The notes under the pieces: generated by a model
The model's input: the letters and a program-made list of their open reading frames with translations, nothing else
What the model was told of the DNA's origin: nothing
The model's database searches: none
In this document: positions 25,631-32,000 of the stretch, piece by piece
Layout of the letters: every line of letters starts with the position of its first letter
Position numbering within the stretch: the first letter of the stretch is position 1
Source of the DNA: Horticoccus luteus
GTDB lineage: Bacteria; Verrucomicrobiota; Verrucomicrobiia; Opitutales; Opitutaceae
Direction of reading: 5' to 3'
DNA length: 32,000 nt
Assembly: GCF_019464535.1 (NCBI RefSeq)
Contig: NZ_CP080507.1
Coordinates: 270,001-302,000 of the forward strand
Made by a program: the position numbers and the translations under genes

Positions 25631-26467
25631 TCAAGGCGTCAAGGTGCCGGCATAAACGTTCATGCGGCCGTCGCGCAAAAAGCCCACGAGCGTCTGGCCG
25701 GTTTCGCGGGCGAGGGCGACGGCGGCGGTGGTCGGCGCGGAGATGGCGGCGAGGCAGGGGATGCCGGCGGCGAGGGATTTTTGGACGAGTTCGAACGAGA
25801 CCCGGCCGCTCACGAGCAGGATGCGGCCGGCGAGCGGGAGCTGGGAGGCGAGGAGCGCGTGGCCGACGACTTTGTCGAGCGCGTTGTGGCGCCCGACGTC
25901 TTCGCGGGCGACGAGCAGTTGACCGGCAAGATCGAAGAGGCCGCTGGCATGCAGGCCGCCCGTCAGGGAAAAACCGGGCTGAGCCGCGCGCAGGCGGGCG
26001 GGAAGCGTGGAAAGGAGCGCGGCGGAAGGCGGTGGCGAAGGCGGCTGCGGCGGAAATTCAGCGCGCACCGCATCGATGGTGGCTTTGCCACACAGGCCGC
26101 AGCTCGACGAGGTGAAGACGTGCCGGGTGAGGCGTGCCAGATCGAAGGTGACGTGGGGGGCAAGGAGGACATCCCAGACATTGCCGGTGGGCGGTGGCGC
26201 GGAATCGGTGGAGTCGGCGGCGCGTTGAAATTCGCAGGGAACGATATCGAGAATATCGCGCGCGTCGCGAATCACGCCCTCGGTCGCGAGGAAACCGGCG
26301 GCGAGCTCGCGATCATGGCCCGGGGTGCGCATGACGACGGCGACGCTGCGGCCGTTGACGCGGAGTTCGAGCGGTTCTTCGGTGGCGAGAGGATCGTCGC
26401 GCTGCTCCACGCCGCCGGCGAGCGAGTGCCGCTCGACGGGGAAAAGCTGCGTGGCGGGCAAAGGCAT
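25631..26467 (-). CDS. fdhD: Formate dehydrogenase accessory sulfurtransferase FdhD
   Basis: VVMRTPGHDRELAAGFLATEGVI, SSCGLCGK and VGRHNALDKVVG are hallmark FdhD motifs. It is 278 aa. Confidence 0.88.
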   Translation of the reverse strand: MPLPATQLFPVERHSLAGGVEQRDDPLATEEPLELRVNGRSVAVVMRTPGHDRELAAGFLATEGVIRDARDILDIVPCEFQRAADSTDSAPPPTGNVWDVLLAPHVTFDLARLTRHVFTSSSCGLCGKATIDAVRAEFPPQPPSPPPSAALLSTLPARLRAAQPGFSLTGGLHASGLFDLAGQLLVAREDVGRHNALDKVVGHALLASQLPLAGRILLVSGRVSFELVQKSLAAGIPCLAAISAPTTAAVALARETGQTLVGFLRDGRMNVYAGTLTP

Positions 26468-26584
26468 GCGGTTTCACTGAAAGGTAAACCGGAGCAGACG
26501 CGAGCGGAAGCGCGGGTTGAGCGAGGGAAACGTGCCGGGGAGGTGAGCGCTTGCGTCGCGGCCCGCTTGCGCGACGGTGCGCGC

Positions 26585-27649
26585 ATGTCGTCGAATTTTG
26601 CTTCGCCTCCGCCGCCGGGGCGCGGTGCGCGGAACAACCCGCCGAATCGTTTCGAGCGGCTCCACGTGGAGGCCGATCCGGACTGCCCGCCCGAAGAGCA
26701 GCCGCATCCGCGCACCGAGTTTATCGTCGATCACAGCGCAACGATTCTGACGGCGAACGATAGTCCGGATGTGCCGTTCACGATGGGATTGAATCCTTAC
26801 CGCGGATGCGAGCACGGGTGCGCCTATTGTTTCGCGCGGCCGTATCACGAGTATCTGGGCTTCTCGAGCGGGTTGGATTTCGAGACGAAAATTATGGTGA
26901 AGCTGCGTGCGCCGGAGCTGCTGCGCGCGGAGTTGAGTGCGGCGCGCTGGCGGCCGCAGTCGATCACGATGAGCGGCGTCACCGATTGCTATCAACCGGC
27001 GGAGCGGCGCTTTCAACTCACGCGGCGGTGCCTGGAAGTGTGCGCGGAGTTTCGGAACCCGGTGGCGTTGATCACGAAGAACTTCCTTGTGACCCGCGAC
27101 TGCGATGTGCTCGCCGAGCTCGCGCGCTGGGACGCGGCAGCGGTGTTTGTGACGATCACGACGCTGGATGCAGACTTGGCGGGAAAACTTGAACCGCGCG
27201 CAGCGCGGCCGTCGGCCCGGTTGGAGGCGTTGCGGCAGCTTTCGCAGGCGGGCATACCGACGGGTGTGATGGTGGCGCCGATCATTCCGGGCCTGACCGA
27301 CCACGAAATGCCGGCGATTCTCGCCGCAGCGGCGCAGGCCGGGGCGCGCAGCGCGGGCTATACCGTGCTGCGGCTGCCATGGGCCGTGAAGGAGGTCTTC
27401 ACGCAATGGCTGGACGATCATGCGCCGGGCAAGAAGGAGCGGGTGCTGAGCCGGGTGCGGGAAGTGCGGGGCGGGAAACTCAATGTCTCGGAGTGGGGCG
27501 CACGGTTGCGCGGTGAGGGCATTTTCGCGGATCAGATCCGCGAGCTTTTCCACGTGGCGGCGCGCCGGGCGGGGCTGGCGCAGGGGCGGTTGGAATTGTC
27601 GACGGCGCACTTTCGCCGGCCGGCCGGGGCACAACTCGAGTTGTGGTGA
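26585..27649 (+). CDS. Radical SAM protein, PA0069/SplB-like family (function unknown)
   Basis: 354 aa from ATG 26585 (MSSNFASPPPPGRGARNNPPNRFE...). It has the CxxxCxxC cluster GCEHGCAYCFARP. The upstream 325 codons of the 679-aa ORF are antisense to fdhD and Gly/Arg/Ala-rich. Confidence 0.82.
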   Translation: MSSNFASPPPPGRGARNNPPNRFERLHVEADPDCPPEEQPHPRTEFIVDHSATILTANDSPDVPFTMGLNPYRGCEHGCAYCFARPYHEYLGFSSGLDFETKIMVKLRAPELLRAELSAARWRPQSITMSGVTDCYQPAERRFQLTRRCLEVCAEFRNPVALITKNFLVTRDCDVLAELARWDAAAVFVTITTLDADLAGKLEPRAARPSARLEALRQLSQAGIPTGVMVAPIIPGLTDHEMPAILAAAAQAGARSAGYTVLRLPWAVKEVFTQWLDDHAPGKKERVLSRVREVRGGKLNVSEWGARLRGEGIFADQIRELFHVAARRAGLAQGRLELSTAHFRRPAGAQLELW

Positions 27650-27663
27650 GGGGGAAAGAAAAA

Positions 27664-27689
27664 GGGCGGGGACCGCGAGGTCCCCGCCC
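27664..27689. terminator. Bidirectional intrinsic terminator hairpin between convergent genes
   Basis: gggcggggacc-gcga-ggtccccgccc forms a perfect 11-bp GC stem. On the minus strand it is followed by tttttctttcc (T-tract), which serves the 994-aa receptor gene. On the plus strand it lies 15 nt after the radical SAM stop and has a weaker tail. Confidence 0.75.
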
Positions 27690-27722
27690 TTGAGAGCGAA
27701 TGAAGTTAACCGGTCAGACCGA

Positions 27723-30707
27723 TTAGAACTTCAGCGTGTTGGTCAGCAGCCAGCTGCGGGCCGGGGACAAGACGTAGGTGGGACCTTCCACGTACTTCTC
27801 ATCCGTCACGTTGTAAACCGCCAGGCGGGAACCAATCTTGTAGCCGAAGAGCTCCCATTGGTAACCGACGCTGACGTCGAACGTGGTGAAGTCGCCGGAT
27901 TGGAAGCCGCCGTTGAGGGGATTCCAGTCGACGCTTTGGCTGACGACCGTCTTGGACGAGTAGCGCATGGCGCCACCGACCGTGAGGCCCGCCACCGGAC
28001 CGTCCGTGAACGTGTAGTTCGCGAACGCATTCAAGCGGTATTCCGGAACGTTCGCAATGCGCGAGCCGTAGAGGATGTTCGCGCTGACCTTTTGGGCCGG
28101 CGTGTAGGCGGTGTAGGCAGCGGTGCCGGGCTTGGCCGTGAGGCTATCCGCGACTTCCGCCGTCCACATCCAAGCGCCGTTGACGACGGCTTGGAAGTTA
28201 CGGATCGGCGTCCAGGTCACGTCGAAGTCAGCGCCTTCGATGCGATTCCGGGTGGCCGTCGTGCGCCAGCGGAGCAAACGCGCGCCGCTGTAGGGATTGC
28301 CCGCGGGGCCGAAGATGGCGACGTTGCCGCCACCGGAGTAGGCCGCGTTGAGCGGTTCGTTGGCCTGCGCCGTACCGTCGTCATACTTTTGATCCTTACG
28401 CTCAGCGTGGAAGATCGAAGCGGTGCCGACGAGCTTGTTGTCCCAGAGGGTGGTCTTCACACCGACTTCGGCGTTGTAACCGGTTTCCGGCTTGATGACG
28501 TCGAACGCGCCGAGGGCGGCCAACGCATCATGGAACTGGTCATACGAGGTGATCGATTGACCGCGGTAGTTGAACGCACCGGACGCATTGTAGGCGCTGT
28601 TCGCCGTGTTCTGGGCCCACGCCTTGGCGGCGTTATACCAGAGCGGGATATCGAGTTGGCTCGCGCTGCCCTTGGTGCCGCTGTTGAGGCGGAACACCTT
28701 CGAGTAGGAAGCGAACACGTTGACATCCTTGGCGACTTGGAACGAAGCGCCACCCATCCACGAGGTACCAGCCTGGCGCTGGAAGTTGTTCGTGTCACCG
28801 GCGTAGCTGGCCGAGTAGTTATACAAGCCCTGCGGATACGTCGTCTGGTCGGTGAACGCGTACGGCGGGTTGGCGAACCACGGGAAGTTGCCCGTCAGAT
28901 ACTGGCCGCTGTCACGGTGCATCTCGCGGCGGACACCGGCGAGAAGGGTGAGGCGGTCATTGAGGAGCGAACCTTGGTAGTTCAGGTAACCGGCTTGATC
29001 TTCGGTGTCGTAGCCGTCAACCGCGGTGCGGTCGATTTCGACCACGCGATGATTGTCGGGTTGGACTTCCGCGCCCGGATCCCAGTTCGTGAAGACTTGG
29101 GTAACGGTCTTGATCTTGCCGAACCGGTCGCGAATGACTTGGGCAGACGGAACATCGCCCGCGCTCGGGACCATGGCGGCCGGCACGAGGGTGTTGTTCA
29201 AGTTACCTTCGGGATTCGAGGCACCGGGGATCATCGAGTAGAACCGGTTGAACGGAGCGCCGGCGACGGCGTTGTACTGCTGACGGTTCTTGATGAACAC
29301 GCCACCGACGAGGAGGCGGTTCTTGATGCCGAACTTGTCGTACTTCAGGATGGCGTCCACCTGATGGTTCTGGCGGCGAAGCCAGTAACCGGCGGTGTTG
29401 AGACCATACTGGGTATTGAACGTGCGCGCATCGGCGTTGGGCAGCGTGAAGCCTTCCACGTTATCGAAGCGGCCATTCTCATTGGTCAGCACGTAACGGG
29501 CATCGACGAACGAAGCCGGCGACAGGGCGACCGTGACGGTGCCGGTGTCGTTATGGTTGTTCGAGTACGAGCCACGATTGGTCGAGTTGAACCCGGTGTC
29601 GTGGATGTAGTTGCCCGAGGCGTCCTGGTAGTAGGCGCCCTTGAGGACGCGCGTGTAGGTCGGGAGCGTTTGGTCGCCCGTCGCGTTACGCGTGTCTTGA
29701 GCCCAGGTGCCGGCACCGTTCGAGAAGATACGAGCGCGGTAGGCCGCGACCGGATCCGCATTGGCGGCGAGGCCAGCGGCGTTGATCAAAGCCTGCGACG
29801 GAGCCGCATAAGCCTTGAACCAACCCTCGGGGAAGTACCAGTCGTTCTGGTTGGCGTTGACCTTCGAGTCGATGGTCTCGATTTCGGCCGTGATCGTCAG
29901 CTTGCCGCTGTCGAAGGGCACGAGGGTCACATTGGCGGTGAGGGAGTTTTCCTTCTTGAATTCGAAGTTACGCTCGCCGCTGCTGTTTTCCCAAGAAGCC
30001 ACCACGCGCATTGCCGCCTTGCGGGACAACTGGGCGTTGTGATCGAGGACGACACGGTTGACGTTGTTCTCGCCGACTTGGTGCGTGATCGTGGTCGGGA
30101 TCTTGCCGAACACCGGTTGCTTCGTGATGTAGTTGATCACGCCGCCCGGGTAGCCAGAACCGAAGAACACGGACGCCGGGCCTTTGACGACTTCAACACG
30201 ATCAATGTTATTGATGTTGTAGGCGTTGTAGCGCGCGACACCGTTGCGGAGGATGGAGTTAACACCGAAACCGCGGAGGGTGAAGCCGCCTTGCGGCGTG
30301 GCCGAGTTGGCCGGACGAGCCATCGTGAAACGGTTGTCGCCCGAACCCGAAGACGAATAACGGAAGATATCCGTGATGGAACGGATGTTGTTATCGTCGA
30401 TAAAATCCTTCGCCATCACCGACACGGAGATCGGGATGTTTTGGATTGGCATGTTGATACGGGTCGCCGTCACCGAATTGGTGCGGAGGTAGCCCGTATC
30501 CTTCTCGCTCGTCACCTGGAAGGGTGACAGCGTCTGCACCTCGTCGTCGGACGGGGTCGCATCAGTGGTCGTCGTTGTCGTCGTCGTGGTTGTCTTGGCT
30601 GTTTGGGCCCAGACGGACGTCGTCAACGAAACCGCGGCCATGGCCGCCAAGCAAGCGACCAAGGAGACCTTGGTCCTGCGCAATGGATAGCTAGGTTGTT
30701 GTTTCAT
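27723..30707 (-). CDS. TonB-dependent outer-membrane receptor (994 aa), probably carbohydrate-related
   Basis: The start is ATG 30707 (MKQQPSYPLRRTKVSLVACLAAMAAVSLTTSVWAQ, a signal peptide). A 10-Thr linker follows, then the plug (LSPFQVTSEKDTGYLRTNSVTATRINMPIQNIPISVSVM...RVEVVKGPASVFFG). The large barrel ends ...LLTNTLKF. It lies immediately downstream of a LacI-family gene. Confidence 0.9.
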   Translation of the reverse strand: MKQQPSYPLRRTKVSLVACLAAMAAVSLTTSVWAQTAKTTTTTTTTTTDATPSDDEVQTLSPFQVTSEKDTGYLRTNSVTATRINMPIQNIPISVSVMAKDFIDDNNIRSITDIFRYSSSGSGDNRFTMARPANSATPQGGFTLRGFGVNSILRNGVARYNAYNINNIDRVEVVKGPASVFFGSGYPGGVINYITKQPVFGKIPTTITHQVGENNVNRVVLDHNAQLSRKAAMRVVASWENSSGERNFEFKKENSLTANVTLVPFDSGKLTITAEIETIDSKVNANQNDWYFPEGWFKAYAAPSQALINAAGLAANADPVAAYRARIFSNGAGTWAQDTRNATGDQTLPTYTRVLKGAYYQDASGNYIHDTGFNSTNRGSYSNNHNDTGTVTVALSPASFVDARYVLTNENGRFDNVEGFTLPNADARTFNTQYGLNTAGYWLRRQNHQVDAILKYDKFGIKNRLLVGGVFIKNRQQYNAVAGAPFNRFYSMIPGASNPEGNLNNTLVPAAMVPSAGDVPSAQVIRDRFGKIKTVTQVFTNWDPGAEVQPDNHRVVEIDRTAVDGYDTEDQAGYLNYQGSLLNDRLTLLAGVRREMHRDSGQYLTGNFPWFANPPYAFTDQTTYPQGLYNYSASYAGDTNNFQRQAGTSWMGGASFQVAKDVNVFASYSKVFRLNSGTKGSASQLDIPLWYNAAKAWAQNTANSAYNASGAFNYRGQSITSYDQFHDALAALGAFDVIKPETGYNAEVGVKTTLWDNKLVGTASIFHAERKDQKYDDGTAQANEPLNAAYSGGGNVAIFGPAGNPYSGARLLRWRTTATRNRIEGADFDVTWTPIRNFQAVVNGAWMWTAEVADSLTAKPGTAAYTAYTPAQKVSANILYGSRIANVPEYRLNAFANYTFTDGPVAGLTVGGAMRYSSKTVVSQSVDWNPLNGGFQSGDFTTFDVSVGYQWELFGYKIGSRLAVYNVTDEKYVEGPTYVLSPARSWLLTNTLKF
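30564..30593 (-). repeat. Imperfect (ACN)10 codon tract encoding Thr10
   Basis: The minus strand reads aca acc acg acg acg aca acg acg acc act, between the signal peptide and the plug of the 994-aa receptor. Confidence 0.9.
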
Positions 30708-30817
30708 TATTATGTGGTTTGTAGTTTCCGGTTTTGGGCCGGTAGGGACCGATCCAAAATGCGGGAAATTTGTTAGGGAAAAGATTGAACGGCGCAAGAG
30801 GTATCGGGCCTGAACGA

Positions 30818-31858
30818 TCAGGCGCTCAGCCGGGAGGCTTGCGGGTGAGTGAGCAGGGTGGGCGAAACGCTCACGCCGATTCGGCCCGTCGTGCGCGGAT
30901 TCTCGATGCGCCAGACCAAATGGTCGACGACTTGGCGGACGAGCGTGGGGAGGTTGATGTCGAGGGCGGCCGGAAGGTGATCCAAATTGTGGTAGATCAC
31001 CGGGTTGTAATTTCCCAGGAGCGTCTCCACGTCGCGATCAGAACGAACGCCCGCCTGGCGCAGAGCGCGGAAAAACGAGCCGCAAAAATGGTCCACCGGC
31101 AGATAGAGGCCGGTGGGACGCGGGTTGGCTTGGACGACGCGGCGGGCGAGCGATTCGCTCTCTTCGTGCATCGGCGCGGTCTCGAGATAACTGGTGTTCG
31201 GCTTCGACCGCCCCAGGATGGTGTGGGCGGTAAGGCCGATTTCCTTGGCGCGATCCAGAAAAGCCCGCACCCGCCAGGCGACGGCGGAATAATCGGGATC
31301 CGGGGAAATGACGGCGACCACCTTGTGACCACGCGTTTGGAGGTAATCGGCGGCGGCGCGACCGTTCTCGGTGTTGTCCGGCTCAACGTAATCGCCCGCG
31401 TAGCTCATCGAGCGGCGGGTCATAAACCAAACGCGGGGTAAATCCCCCAGGCGCTGGAGACAAGCGGGAGAGGGTTCCATGCCTTGCACGATCACGCCGT
31501 CGACCTGGCGTTCGGCCAGTGGGCGGGGGAGATCGTCGGGCGAATCAGAGAATAATACCGTCAACTCGACTCGTTGGCGTTCGTTGGCGGGCTGGACGTG
31601 CAGCAACTGGTCTTGAAACCAATTGTGACTGGTATTGCGACGTGCGCCGACGAACCACACCGCGATTTTCTTGGGCGCGGCAAGGCGGGATTTGGGTCCG
31701 CGGCGGCGATTGAGCGGCGTGGGCGTGTAGCTCACCGCTTGCATCACGGCTTGGACGCGCGCCAAGCGATCAGGCGCTACCAAGTGCGGCTGATTAATGA
31801 CGCGTGAAACCGTCGCGGGAGAGACTTTTGCCTTACGGGCAATGTCGGCAATGAGCAT
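30818..31858 (-). CDS. LacI family transcriptional regulator
   Basis: It has the N-terminal HTH MLIADIARKAKVSPATVSRVINQ followed by a periplasmic-binding-protein-like sugar-sensor domain. It is 346 aa. Confidence 0.9.
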   Translation of the reverse strand: MLIADIARKAKVSPATVSRVINQPHLVAPDRLARVQAVMQAVSYTPTPLNRRRGPKSRLAAPKKIAVWFVGARRNTSHNWFQDQLLHVQPANERQRVELTVLFSDSPDDLPRPLAERQVDGVIVQGMEPSPACLQRLGDLPRVWFMTRRSMSYAGDYVEPDNTENGRAAADYLQTRGHKVVAVISPDPDYSAVAWRVRAFLDRAKEIGLTAHTILGRSKPNTSYLETAPMHEESESLARRVVQANPRPTGLYLPVDHFCGSFFRALRQAGVRSDRDVETLLGNYNPVIYHNLDHLPAALDINLPTLVRQVVDHLVWRIENPRTTGRIGVSVSPTLLTHPQASRLSA

Positions 31859-31877
31859 GATCGGGGTAAAAGTGCCG

Positions 31878-31888
31878 TGAAACTTTCA
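31878..31888. promoter_or_regulatory. Candidate LacI-type operator half-palindrome upstream of the LacI gene
   Basis: tgaaa-c-tttca has 5-bp perfect arms and lies 20 nt upstream of the LacI start codon. It is short, so it could be chance. Confidence 0.2.
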
Positions 31889-32000
31889 GAAAGGCTCGTG
31901 AACGGGCATGGGAGGGTCAAGAGTTTTCCCCTCCCGAAGTCTGGCATAGCGCGCACGGGGAAACCCCGATGGCTCTAGGCGGAAGCGCCGCGTTGGGCAG

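Noticed and set aside
25610-26584. The N-terminal 325 codons of the 679-aa ORF that contains the radical SAM protein. Similar 5' extensions occur on ORFs 5290-6417, 6083-7420, 7237-9795, 10797-12386 and 22225-23517.
   Set aside because: The extensions overlap neighbouring real genes or divergent promoter regions and are low-complexity. In each case an internal ATG gives a sensible N-terminus (signal peptide, lipobox or conserved start).
27483-30527. A 1014-aa plus-strand ORF, the longest in the track.
   Set aside because: It is exactly antisense to the well-supported TonB-dependent receptor. Its translation is Arg/Gly/Val/Asp-rich with no motifs and is typical of an antisense frame in GC-rich DNA.
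30708-30817. The inverted repeat ttttgg...ccaaaa in the spacer between the LacI gene and the receptor, considered as a LacI operator.
   Set aside because: The arms are only 6 bp, are separated by about 16 nt, and do not resemble the palindrome upstream of the LacI gene. The support is insufficient.
1-32000. A search for CRISPR arrays, tRNA or rRNA genes, transposases, integrases, toxin-antitoxin pairs and known defense-system signatures.
   Set aside because: I found no spaced short repeats and no cloverleaf-compatible intergenic segments; all gaps are under 250 bp and are otherwise accounted for. I found no recombinase or nuclease-type ORFs.

Overview
The window is high-GC (sampled 60-nt lines are about 68-72% GC), densely coding bacterial chromosome. 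The gene content suggests a Verrucomicrobiota/Opitutaceae-like organism; this rests on TonB-dependent receptor N-termini of the 'SPFQVTSEKDTGY' type and is inference only. I support about 27 CDSs. Genes by region:
- 0.1-12.2 kb is an accessory, glycan-related block: a 961-aa secreted beta-propeller protein, a GH35 beta-galactosidase, a desaturase with a PDZ lipoprotein, a heparinase II/III-like protein, a small secreted protein and a 481-aa unknown.
- 12.4-16.2 kb holds an ABC-2 exporter pair and a TonB-dependent receptor.
- 16.4-22.2 kb is a housekeeping block: rpmH-rnpA-yidD-yidC, yebC, metX-metW and a rhodanese.
- 22.2-26.5 kb is a tightly packed minus-strand run: fdhD, a TPR protein, an M50 protease, a rhomboid-like/Cys-His protein and prmB.
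- 26.6-31.9 kb holds a PA0069-type radical SAM protein and a LacI regulator with a 994-aa TonB-dependent receptor.
I saw no rRNA, tRNA, CRISPR array, transposase or integrase.
Most notable observations:
- A perfect 74-bp direct repeat brackets the lower-GC single-gene segment that encodes the 961-aa protein.
- An unnamed ~130-143-aa C-terminal module occurs three times across two secreted proteins.
- Two intramembrane-protease-type genes sit in tandem, and one appears degenerate and is fused to a Cys/His tail.
I found no clear, self-contained novel system such as a defense island. The many long antisense ORFs in the track are GC-driven artefacts.
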